A stretch of DNA of 16,241 nt. Source: a virus (taxonomy: Duplodnaviria > Heunggongvirae > Uroviricota > Caudoviricetes). This document shows positions 7,373 through 14,543 of this stretch, one piece after another (the stretch's first letter is position 1; each line of letters opens with the position of its first letter). Both the position numbers and the translations under genes were made by a program. The stretch spans positions 1 through 16,241 of the IMG/VR virus record IMGVR_UViG_2778261537_000016. One strand, 5' to 3'. The notes under the pieces were generated by a model. The model was not told the origin of the DNA. It saw nothing but the letters and a program-made list of their open reading frames with translations, and did not search any database.

Positions 7373-7581
7373 TGACGGAAATTATCACCGGCATTTATGC
7401 CTTGTTTGCCTGTATTACTTTCGCCTTTCTCTTATGGGACGAATGCCAGGACGAATTTGATCACGATGCTGAGGACTTAGGGTTAATCACTCTGAGTGCG
7501 GTTTTTTGGCTACCACTGGTAGCGGCTGTACTTGTGGCTTTCCTGATTGATTTCTGGCGTAAGTGGGTTAACCGTGGTTGA
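7369..7581 (+). CDS. Small predicted membrane protein (70 aa, two TM helices)
   Basis: The start overlaps the dam stop (ATGATGA). Two hydrophobic helices (IITGIYALFACITFAFLLW and LSAVFWLPLVAAVLVAFLIDFW). A GGGGG RBS lies upstream. Confidence 0.5.
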   Translation: MMTEIITGIYALFACITFAFLLWDECQDEFDHDAEDLGLITLSAVFWLPLVAAVLVAFLIDFWRKWVNRG

Positions 7582-7582
7582 T

Positions 7583-9598
7583 ATGCTGGAGCCTGGCCAA
7601 CACCAGACCGTCAATGCCTGGCGGCGTGAAACCTTTGCGCTTGGTACCCCGTCAGATGCAACGATCACAGAACGCCGTTTGTGGGCTGTAAACCCACAGG
7701 ATTATGAATGGCGTTCCCAGTACCTGCATGAAATACCCGACTGGTTAGCCGGGTATTTTGGCAACCGTTACGAAAAGCTGCTGGCTGGTCGTGACGGGCG
7801 TCGCCGTGCCAATACGTTCCTGCGCAAAACTATCGGCGGGAATGTATTGCCACGTCTGCGCAAAGTGGCTGCACGTTACAAACTGGCCGCTGATGCACTT
7901 GATCTTCCTTTCGGTAAGTCGCTGGAGCGACTGCCGTCACTTGACCGCCCGGAACTCAAAAAACTGGCTGGCCAGATATCTGGCTGGATCTCCCAGTCAC
8001 TGTATGACTTTACCGATCAGTTTGTGGGCAGCACTGACGATGCCGCAGAGCTGCGCCGCCGTACGCTGGAGTCTTACCGCCATTTATGCACGTGTTCCCT
8101 GATGCTGAACAATCAACCGCCGTACTGGGCTGAACATGAAGCTAATGGCGGGCAACTGGAAACGCGTAAGGCTGAATCCGGGATCCTCCGCATGATGGCA
8201 CCTGAATGGTGGTATCTGCGTCTTAAGCGGGCGCGGGATATGCAGCGTGAGCATATGGCCATTGCAGTGGGGCAAGTACAGAAAGCGGCCAGCGCTTATG
8301 TGTCCCGTAAAACCTTGGGCGAATGGATAGACCAGAAAAAGCGGAACCTTGAGTTCTTCAAAAAGTTTGACCTGCTGAATGATGAAGGGCTGCGTATTGC
8401 ACTGGACAGCATGGTGCATCGCAGCGTTGCTAATCCGGCGATCCGTCGCTGTGAGCTAATGGTAAGAATGAGAGGATTTGAAGATATGGCCAATGGAGAA
8501 GGACTGGCCGGTGAGTTTTACACCATCACCGCGCCATCGCGATTCCATGCGGTACACAGCAAAGGGGGCTTTGTTTCACAGTGGGATGGCTGCACTCCGC
8601 AGGATACCCAGCGCTACTTATGTGGTGTATGGGCGAAAGCCCGCGCCGCTATTTCCCGTGCAGGTATCCATGTTTTTGGTTTTCGTGTAGTAGAGCCTCA
8701 CCACGATGGCACACCGCACTGGCACATGCTGCTTTTTATGCGTCCTGGTGACGTGGATACCGTGCGCGATATTCTTTGTTATCACGCCAGAATTACTGAC
8801 TCCGAAGAACTGCAAACGCCAAACGCGCTAAAGGCACGTTTCCATGTTGAAGCCATCGATCCCGCTAAAGGCTCGGCTACGGGTTACATAGCCAAATATA
8901 TATCCAAAAACATTGATGGTTTTGCGCTGGATGGTGAACAGGACGACGAAACAGGGGAGAACCTACGGGACATGGCCAAGTCCGTTTCTGCATGGGCTTC
9001 ACGCTGGCGCATTCGCCAGTTTCAGCAGATTGGTGGTGCGCCGGTGACTGTCTGGCGCGAGTTGCGCCGGTTACGTGATCAGGTACTGACTGACCGAAGA
9101 ATGGATTCGGTTCTGGCTGCTGCGGATGTTGGTGACTGGGCGGCGTACACCCAGGCGCAGGGTGGCGCACTGGTTTCCCGCCGTGACCTGGTTGTTCGTC
9201 TGGCTTATGAAATCACGGAACAGGGTAATGAATACGCAGAGGACGTGCAGCGCGTTCAGGGTGTCTATTCTCCATTGGTTCCAGATTCAGCGGTATGTAC
9301 GCGCTTGGTGAAGTGGCAGAAGGTTGCGAAGTTGGCCGAAGCGCCAGCGGAGGCGGGTTTTTCTGGCGGCAGCGCCGCCCCTTGGAGTTCTGTCAATAAC
9401 TGTACGGAGGGTGGAACCCGCAGACGGTTAAAACTGGAATTGCGAAGCCGGGGTTTTGAAGGTTCTGACGATGAAATAGCCATTCTCATGCGGGGCAGTG
9501 GTTTGAGATTTGGCCAGGCGGCGTTGATTTACCGTAATGGCAGGTTACAGGAGACACGAAACGAGCCAATGCACGAGCTGTGGCCGGGGTGGTTGTAG
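7583..9598 (+). CDS. Rolling-circle replication initiator endonuclease (P2 gpA / 186 A family)
   Basis: The ORF tool starts at a TTG at 7547; the first ATG is 7583, directly after the upstream stop. HUH metal-binding motif HHDGTPHWHMLLF and twin active-site tyrosines in GSATGYIAKYISKNIDG, as in P2 A. Length about 670 aa. Confidence 0.85.
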   Translation: MLEPGQHQTVNAWRRETFALGTPSDATITERRLWAVNPQDYEWRSQYLHEIPDWLAGYFGNRYEKLLAGRDGRRRANTFLRKTIGGNVLPRLRKVAARYKLAADALDLPFGKSLERLPSLDRPELKKLAGQISGWISQSLYDFTDQFVGSTDDAAELRRRTLESYRHLCTCSLMLNNQPPYWAEHEANGGQLETRKAESGILRMMAPEWWYLRLKRARDMQREHMAIAVGQVQKAASAYVSRKTLGEWIDQKKRNLEFFKKFDLLNDEGLRIALDSMVHRSVANPAIRRCELMVRMRGFEDMANGEGLAGEFYTITAPSRFHAVHSKGGFVSQWDGCTPQDTQRYLCGVWAKARAAISRAGIHVFGFRVVEPHHDGTPHWHMLLFMRPGDVDTVRDILCYHARITDSEELQTPNALKARFHVEAIDPAKGSATGYIAKYISKNIDGFALDGEQDDETGENLRDMAKSVSAWASRWRIRQFQQIGGAPVTVWRELRRLRDQVLTDRRMDSVLAAADVGDWAAYTQAQGGALVSRRDLVVRLAYEITEQGNEYAEDVQRVQGVYSPLVPDSAVCTRLVKWQKVAKLAEAPAEAGFSGGSAAPWSSVNNCTEGGTRRRLKLELRSRGFEGSDDEIAILMRGSGLRFGQAALIYRNGRLQETRNEPMHELWPGWL

Positions 9599-9676
9599 CC
9601 TCGTAAGTCTGTGATACATCACTGTTTGTCAACGAATAGCAGCAAAAATCACTTTCACATTTTGTGCTTAAATGTA

Positions 9677-9696
9677 TACTGTATGAATATACAGTT
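9677..9696. promoter_or_regulatory. LexA (SOS) box, TACTGTATGAATATACAGTT
   Basis: CTGT-N8-ACAG with an AT-rich spacer, a near-perfect match to the LexA consensus TACTGTATATATATACAGTA. It lies about 20-40 nt upstream of the small ORF at 9714 and its AGGAGG RBS (9708-9713). Confidence 0.75.
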
Positions 9697-9713
9697 ATTC
9701 TGTTTTTAGGAGG

Positions 9714-9932
9714 ATGCTTGTGCAGGATTTGTTTATGGAAACTATCGCATTGCAGCGGATTGCGTTGTTTACCAGGTTGATCGCCAAAAGTAATTGCACT
9801 GGCTGTGAAAAGGACATTGCACTTGCCTGGCTAAGCGAGCTGACTTCAGATCTGGAAAGTAAACTTGATGAATATGAAAGTAAAAACCCCCGGGAAGGGG
9901 GCTTATCAGGCGGCGGGAGTCGCTTTCAGTAG
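9714..9932 (+). CDS. SOS-controlled small protein at the tum position (candidate Tum-like antirepressor)
   Basis: 72-aa ORF just downstream of the LexA box and a strong AGGAGG. That RBS abuts the ATG at 9714, so the GTG at 9720 may be the real start. In 186 the LexA-repressed tum gene sits downstream of A in the same place. No sequence homology to Tum was verified, and the ORF runs through the convergent terminator and overlaps the ogr-like 3' end. Confidence 0.4.
   Translation: MLVQDLFMETIALQRIALFTRLIAKSNCTGCEKDIALAWLSELTSDLESKLDEYESKNPREGGLSGGGSRFQ
9882..9902 (-). terminator. Rho-independent terminator for the ogr-like gene
   Basis: On the minus strand a GC hairpin (GCCCCC-TTCCC-GGGGG) is followed by TTTTT, immediately after the ogr-like stop at 9906-9908. 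Confidence 0.6.
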
Positions 9933-10175
9933 GTCTAATGCCATTTGACGCTGATCGGGTGACAGTGCATTCAGTATTTTCTGCACCATAGCATCACCCG
10001 TTTTCGCGCTGGGGCTGAGAGTGTGGGAGAACGTCAGATTCATCACAAACGTATGGCCACACTCAACATCTGAACAGGCGCAGTAAATATCCGCAATCTG
10101 CCGGTGCTTCCGGTTTGTGTTACGAATAACAGCCTTTGAGCCGCATTCCGGGCATTCGATTTTCAGAACTCGCAT
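9906..10175 (-). CDS. Ogr/Delta-family zinc-finger late-gene transcription activator
   Basis: ORF 9906..10229 (-). The internal ATG at 10175 gives MRVLKIECPECGSKAV...YCACSDVECGHTF, matching the Ogr pattern CxxC-x22-24-C-x4-C followed by TF (compare P2 Ogr CPLCQ...CQNVNCSATF). GGAG lies upstream. Confidence 0.75.
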   Translation of the reverse strand: MRVLKIECPECGSKAVIRNTNRKHRQIADIYCACSDVECGHTFVMNLTFSHTLSPSAKTGDAMVQKILNALSPDQRQMALDLLKATPAA

Positions 10176-10225
10176 ATTCCATGCTCCAGCTGTTAAATGA
10201 TGCCTGGATTTTAGCCTTTTTCGCC

Positions 10226-11287
10226 TCATGCCGCACCCTTATCCGTTGATTCTGTGTAACTTAAATCAAAGTTAAGGTGCAGCCTTTCCGGTATTTCGGG
10301 ATCGTTGTTCACCGCAGTCATAAACCGGCGCTGAATGGGTGCTATTTCGCTTTTCTTGTAAATCCTTTCCGCCTTTTCAACATCCCCCAGGCCGGCAGTG
10401 TTCTGCGGGACAATTCCGGCCAGCCCTGCGGGAAAGCGGTGTGCGTTGAGAATGTCCTGTGCGCTGATGTTTTTGATGTTGGCAAATTCATCTTTTGCAG
10501 AGATATCCCCCATTTCAATAAACTTGATCGCATCCCCATCCCCGCCTGGAATGTTCACCAGAATGGTGGAGAAGTTGCCGATACCTTTGCTGTCCCGCAG
10601 CTGCTGTTCAATCTCTTCTTCCATTTCATCCGTCATGCTGGGATCGCGCGTGTAGAGAATGCCGCCAGTATGGGCGCCGTTGTGGTAGTAACGGCGGCGA
10701 AAAATCACGGCTTCACTGTTAAGCAATGCCGAGTGTACGCCGCCGATATAGTCGGGCAGCCCGTAAATATGCTGCTGCGGGTCGTACATCTTGATAAAAA
10801 TGATATCTTCTTGCGGCCATACCTGCGGTTCACCGTCCTGCAATACCACATAATCGCCGGGCTGGTCTGCGGCGTTGTCCCTGACTTTACGGCGGCGAAT
10901 ATACAGGCCGGGTAAAGGTTCCAGGGCAATCACATCTCCCCATCCGTTGCGGATTTTGCCAATCGCAATATCCCCGAAGGTTGTATAGTCAAACGCTGCG
11001 GCTTCCAACTGGTCGTAAGTCAGGCCACCGCCCAGATAATCAGACACAATCATATTTTTCCGGGCGTGGATAATGCCGCCATGCTGACCGTTCAGATTGA
11101 TAAGCTGTGCCAGTGCCAGCCGGTCAATCGGCTGGGTAAAGTGATCGGCGGCATTGTCGTACCAGATGTCGCGGTAATCCGTGCCGGTGGTCAGGACGGG
11201 TTCCGGTTTGCCGAATGTGATGATGCTCATTTTTTTGGATTTATCGCCGCGCGGGTTGCGCTTAACGAAGCGGTTTTTTTTACTCAT
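10226..11287 (-). CDS. Portal protein (P2 gpQ family)
   Basis: 353 aa. Collinear with P2 Q as I recall it: MSKK..., ITFGKPEPVL (cf. FTFGEPVPVL), LNSEAVIFRRRYYHNGAHTG (cf. LNESATLFRRKYYENGAHAG), LRDSKGIGNF, KDEFANIKNISAQDILNAHRFP, GLGDVEKA. Its start overlaps the terminase stop by 4 nt. Confidence 0.9.
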   Translation of the reverse strand: MSKKNRFVKRNPRGDKSKKMSIITFGKPEPVLTTGTDYRDIWYDNAADHFTQPIDRLALAQLINLNGQHGGIIHARKNMIVSDYLGGGLTYDQLEAAAFDYTTFGDIAIGKIRNGWGDVIALEPLPGLYIRRRKVRDNAADQPGDYVVLQDGEPQVWPQEDIIFIKMYDPQQHIYGLPDYIGGVHSALLNSEAVIFRRRYYHNGAHTGGILYTRDPSMTDEMEEEIEQQLRDSKGIGNFSTILVNIPGGDGDAIKFIEMGDISAKDEFANIKNISAQDILNAHRFPAGLAGIVPQNTAGLGDVEKAERIYKKSEIAPIQRRFMTAVNNDPEIPERLHLNFDLSYTESTDKGAA

Positions 11288-12441
11288 GCAGCCTCTTTCC
11301 TTACACCCCAGCGGGATTTCGGTTTATTTTCGTAGTTGAGTGGTTCGTTATGCAGGGCGTGGGTAATTGCCCAGAACGCCTCTGCGTGGCCAGTGTCCTG
11401 GCTGCGGTCAGCGACAAATGTCATGGCGTTACCACTTTGCGTGGTGGTGCGGCGTACAGCCATAAAGCTGGCCGGGATCTCTTTCAGGTTCTTGTCCCAT
11501 TCAATACGCTGACTTTCCACCACGTCCGCCGCTTTCAGTACCAGCTGATTTTTCGTGTTCATGTCGTAACGAATGGCGACGGCCACGCGCATGGCAAAAT
11601 GCTGGATGTTGTCAAAAACACCCTGGCCAATACCGGTAACGTCCACTCCCAGATAGGTGAAGTTGTATTTTTTAAACAGGAGTTCGATCTGCCTGGCCTG
11701 ATAGCGGAAGTTCATGCCCTTCCAGTTAATGACCTTCAGAACGCGGAATTTCTCTGCGGCATACATCGGCGGGGCAATAATCACAAAACACGACAAATCG
11801 CCGCTACGTGCCGGGTCAAAGCCTCCCCATACTGGCCTGTCACCGAATGGCCGCGCAGCGTCCGGGTTGTGATCCTGCCAGGTGTCCACCTCCACGCCGC
11901 AGGCTTCCAGGTCTGAAAAGCTGAATACGGAATCCTTGCTGTCCACGAAGACGCACATATAGAGCATGTTGAAGGTGGCCGTGTTGTAGCGGTTGCGCAG
12001 CTTCTCGATGTTGGCCAGGTTGAAGCCACCTGCAATGGCATCCTCCATCGTGATGACATAGCGCCACTGCCCATCCGGGCAAAGCCGTCCGCCGTCGCGC
12101 ATGTCATCAAAAGACGGGAACTGGGCGGCCGCGCGTTTTTTGCTGCCCTGTTTCCATTCCTCACCCGTCCAGAACGGGTAAGCCTGGTGCGTTTTGGCCG
12201 ATGGTGTTGAAAAGTAGGTGGTGCGCCATTTGTCATGGGTGGCCATTGCGCTGGCCACTTCGTTAAGCCTGGCGAAGTTAGGCACCCAGAAATATTCGTC
12301 ACAGTACAGGTGGCCACTGTAGGACTGGGCTGTGTTCTTGTTGGTTGAGAGAAAACGCAGTTCAGCGCCGTTGCTGAGGCGGATCGGGTTGCCGGTCAGC
12401 GTTATGCCAAAATACTGTTCTGCAATGTTGACGATGTAAGA
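11284..12441 (-). pseudogene. Terminase large subunit (P2 gpP family), 5'-truncated; N-terminal region including the expected Walker A is absent
   Basis: ORF 11284..12285 plus an in-frame open extension upstream. The translation (...NGAELRFLSTNKNTAQSYSGHLYCDEYFWVPNFARLNEVASAMATHDKWRTTYFSTPS...) matches the central and C-terminal part of P2 P, including a Walker-B-like YCDEYFW. The frame hits a stop at about 12472-12474 with no ATG and no Walker A, and AT-rich non-coding DNA follows. Confidence 0.75.
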
Positions 12442-12517
12442 TAGGATGTACCGTTTTTTAAAAACAACTAGTTATACACTTTGTGGGAGCCTATTGGGAA
12501 CCTGAAGTTTTGCTCTT

Positions 12518-12537
12518 TCTATTCATATCTATTCATA
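12518..12537. repeat. Perfect tandem direct repeat TCTATTCATA x2
   Basis: Read directly at 12518-12527 and 12528-12537, in the AT-rich spacer between the truncated terminase and the next module. Confidence 0.6.
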
Positions 12538-12562
12538 AAGCACCATTTGCTGCCTTATCTGA

Positions 12563-12589
12563 TTGACCAAAAACAACCGCGGTTATAGA
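12563..12589 (+). promoter_or_regulatory. Candidate sigma70 promoter (TTGACC ... TATAGA) for the 12645 operon
   Basis: TTGACC at about 12563-12568 and a TATAGA-like -10 about 15-17 bp downstream. GAGG RBS lies 5 nt before the ATG at 12645. Weak call by eye. Confidence 0.3.
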
Positions 12590-12644
12590 CTTTGCTCCAA
12601 ATAGCTAAGGCTATTGCTTAGTAAGTAAAACAGTTGAGGTTGCC

Positions 12645-13184
12645 ATGAATCCGTTTAACGCCATTACTTTTGCTGCATTGTGCGGGCCTCTGGCTTGTCC
12701 TGCTGCTATGGCGCAGGAGTTCATCATCCAGCCAGCCCCTGTGATTGCTAAACCTTTTGAGTACTCTCCTTCTGTTGAGGAATTCTCACGCAGAATGGAA
12801 GAGGGTAAGGAGATCTTGCAAAAGTTAACAATTGCAGCAGATGACTACTATATCTGTTTGATTGATCTTAATAGCCAAGATGCTCGCGAGTTTGTTTCCA
12901 AAAACGGGACAGATACGACAGAGGCATGCGAAATGTTCCTGCGTGCTTTTGAAGAAGAAGTGAAGCGTACAATTGAATCGCCTCTGCCTGAATTTATCAG
13001 GTCAGAACTGAAGGTTTACTGGCGTCATATTGCTAAAGCTCGCTCATCTGTCACTCGCCTTAACAATTACATAAAGAGCATATTTAAAGAAACTGTTACG
13101 TTTAGCGGGCGCGCGGATCTTGCTGGAATTGCAGCACTAGCTAGTCACACATCAAATAAGCTAAAATCGATGCAATTTCACTAA
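12645..13184 (+). CDS. Hypothetical protein with signal-peptide-like N-terminus (179 aa); upstream partner of the YafO-like gene
   Basis: N-terminus MNPFNAITFAALCGPLACPAAMA/QE is hydrophobic with an AxA-type cleavage site but lacks a positively charged n-region. The rest is charged and helical with no recognisable domain. GAGG RBS. Stop is 16 nt before the next gene. Confidence 0.5.
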   Translation: MNPFNAITFAALCGPLACPAAMAQEFIIQPAPVIAKPFEYSPSVEEFSRRMEEGKEILQKLTIAADDYYICLIDLNSQDAREFVSKNGTDTTEACEMFLRAFEEEVKRTIESPLPEFIRSELKVYWRHIAKARSSVTRLNNYIKSIFKETVTFSGRADLAGIAALASHTSNKLKSMQFH

Positions 13185-13200
13185 CCGATAGCGGACGACC

Positions 13201-13635
13201 ATGCATCTAGAAGTCTCTATTAATCCAGAAACTAGAGCTGAATTTTTTGATGAAGTTTTTCTCAAATTCCCGGAGCTAGAGTCTTCTATCATTGATGATT
13301 TCAAGAGATACAAAGCAACCGGTGAGCTTCCGCATTATTTCGGTAGGGACGTTGCGTATACTCAGCCCTATGGTGCTTTTCGGGCTGGGTTGATGCATAT
13401 CCATCTTTGTCTACCGCCAAACAAGTTTCCCGAGAAACTTCCACAACCGGATAGGGTCTGCAAGAAAGGTGATCCTGATAATGATGCTTGTCTTGTGTAT
13501 GTCCAAGGTGAGCTTTATGAGAATAAATATTCACTCATTGCTATTATGTATCCCGATGCACATGAAAAAGCAAGAAAACATGATGTGATGAGCTATCTGG
13601 CGCGAATTGCCCAGAATTATAAAGATGAAAACTAA
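13201..13635 (+). CDS. YafO-family type II toxin-like protein (ribosome-dependent mRNA interferase family)
   Basis: 144 aa. Collinear with E. coli YafO as I recall it: YK..G.LP..FGRD..Y, HIHL, D.A(C/H)LVY.QG, LIAI..P..H..AR. The gene is followed immediately by a strong terminator. Confidence 0.6.
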   Translation: MHLEVSINPETRAEFFDEVFLKFPELESSIIDDFKRYKATGELPHYFGRDVAYTQPYGAFRAGLMHIHLCLPPNKFPEKLPQPDRVCKKGDPDNDACLVYVQGELYENKYSLIAIMYPDAHEKARKHDVMSYLARIAQNYKDEN

Positions 13636-13655
13636 CCCGCCGAAGCGGGTTTTTT
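13636..13655 (+). terminator. Rho-independent terminator (CCCGC-CGAA-GCGGG followed by TTTTTT)
   Basis: Perfect 5-bp GC stem with a tetraloop and a T6 run, directly after the stop at 13635. It lies between convergent genes and may also act on the minus strand. Confidence 0.8.
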
Positions 13656-13661
13656 GTGAGA

Positions 13662-13934
13662 TTAGTTATTTATTTTCCTATTTGTTCTTACCCTCTCCCA
13701 TTCAATTCTGCCTTCTTCACGCCGTTTATCTATATATTCAGCAAGATCCTGAATGTTGATGCAGCGCTTTGCTTTCTGTGATGTACCAACACGATAAGTC
13801 GGGATCGGCAATTGGCATGCATTTGCTTTCGCTTCTGCTGTGTTAGGGCTCATACCGAAATACTTTTGGCATACAGCTGACAGCTCAATGTTTGGGGTAT
13901 TGAATTCAGCCATCAGTAAAAACAAGGTGTTCAT
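13662..13934 (-). CDS. PrtN-family (pyocin activator-like) transcriptional regulator
   Basis: ORF 13662..13961 (GTG per the ORF tool); the ATG at 13934 has GGAG upstream. The sequence FGMSPNTAEAKANACQLPIPTYRVGTSQKAKRCINIQDLAEYID matches the conserved PrtN core as I recall it. Confidence 0.65.
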   Translation of the reverse strand: MNTLFLLMAEFNTPNIELSAVCQKYFGMSPNTAEAKANACQLPIPTYRVGTSQKAKRCINIQDLAEYIDKRREEGRIEWERVRTNRKINN

Positions 13935-13970
13935 AATTTTCTCCATCAAAACCGGCTGCACCCGGGAAAA

Positions 13971-14543
13971 TCATAATTCTGTGCTGGTGGCAGGAATTAG
14001 TTTCTGCCAGATAGCGGAAACATATTTTGCCTGATGACGGGCATCAGCCAGGGCGTTGTGCCGTTCGCCATCGAAAGGCATGTCCATTTTTGGGTCGAAT
14101 CCGATGGAACGCCCAAGCGTAACGATCGTGCGTACATCGTGGTCATTCCAGTACGCCCACGGGCAGATTTGTCCTGCTCGCTCGTAAGCTCCACGTAAAA
14201 TTACGTTGTCGAAGGTGGCCCCGTTACCCCAGACTTTTAAATATTTTGTATTGTCTGCATGCTGATTAATGAAATGGCTCAGTTCAGAGAGTGCATCGCT
14301 GATCGACAAAGTATCATCAATACAGATTGCAGCTCGTGCTTCAGAGCTCTGTTTCAACCACCACAGGATGGTATCGCCGTCAGGTGTAGCTCCTTGCTTC
14401 ATAGCACTGTCCAGGCTAACAACCGTATAGAATTCTTGTCCGATGTCTCCGGTTTCTGGAGTGAAGAACACCGCGCCAATGGAAACGATCGGTGCATCCT
14501 TATTTTTCCCCATCGTCTCAAGGTCGATCATTAAGTTGTTCAT
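13971..14543 (-). CDS. DnaQ-like 3'-5' exonuclease (DEDDh family)
   Basis: Exo I motif IDLETMG, Exo II WGNGATFD, Exo III HNALADA. The ATG at 14543 has a GAGGTGA RBS; the ORF tool's 14546 is a GTG. Its start overlaps the upstream stop by 1 nt. Confidence 0.8.
   Translation of the reverse strand: MNNLMIDLETMGKNKDAPIVSIGAVFFTPETGDIGQEFYTVVSLDSAMKQGATPDGDTILWWLKQSSEARAAICIDDTLSISDALSELSHFINQHADNTKYLKVWGNGATFDNVILRGAYERAGQICPWAYWNDHDVRTIVTLGRSIGFDPKMDMPFDGERHNALADARHQAKYVSAIWQKLIPATSTEL

Noticed and set aside
7547-7582. TTG start at 7547 for the replication protein
   Set aside because: It would overlap the upstream small-protein gene by 35 nt in another frame. The ATG at 7583 directly follows the upstream stop. 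Either is possible; the ATG is preferred.
5839-8815. Multiple antisense and alternate-frame ORFs inside the early ORFs, dam and the replication gene (e.g. 5839..6207, 6353..6706, 7116..7325, 7758..8102, 8084..8419, 8296..8493, 8478..8690, 8618..8815)
   Set aside because: All are embedded in longer ORFs with recognisable motifs or operon coupling; typical GC-rich shadow frames.
8877-9489. ORFs 8877..9170 (-), 9126..9311 (+) and 9265..9489 (-) within the 3' part of the replication gene
   Set aside because: Alternate-frame ORFs inside a CDS supported by the HUH and tyrosine motifs.
9900-9925. Possible cos site near the ogr-like gene end (GGCGGCGGGAG)
   Set aside because: Only a loose resemblance to the G-rich 19-nt P2/186 cohesive-end sequence as I recall it, and it lies inside coding sequence. 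Not callable without alignment.
10277-12317. Alternate-frame ORFs in the portal and terminase region (10277..10915, 10342..10539, 10398..10655, 10705..10929, 11066..11335, 11350..11916, 11781..12317, 11840..12082)
   Set aside because: I considered whether 11781..12317 marks a frameshifted terminase N-terminus. Its translation is Pro/Arg/Trp-rich with no terminase motifs, whereas the 11284 frame itself stays open upstream with terminase-like sequence, so truncation rather than frameshift is the better explanation.
13301-13534. Minus-strand ORF 13301..13534 inside the YafO-like gene
   Set aside because: Antisense to a gene with recognisable family motifs, an RBS and a terminator.
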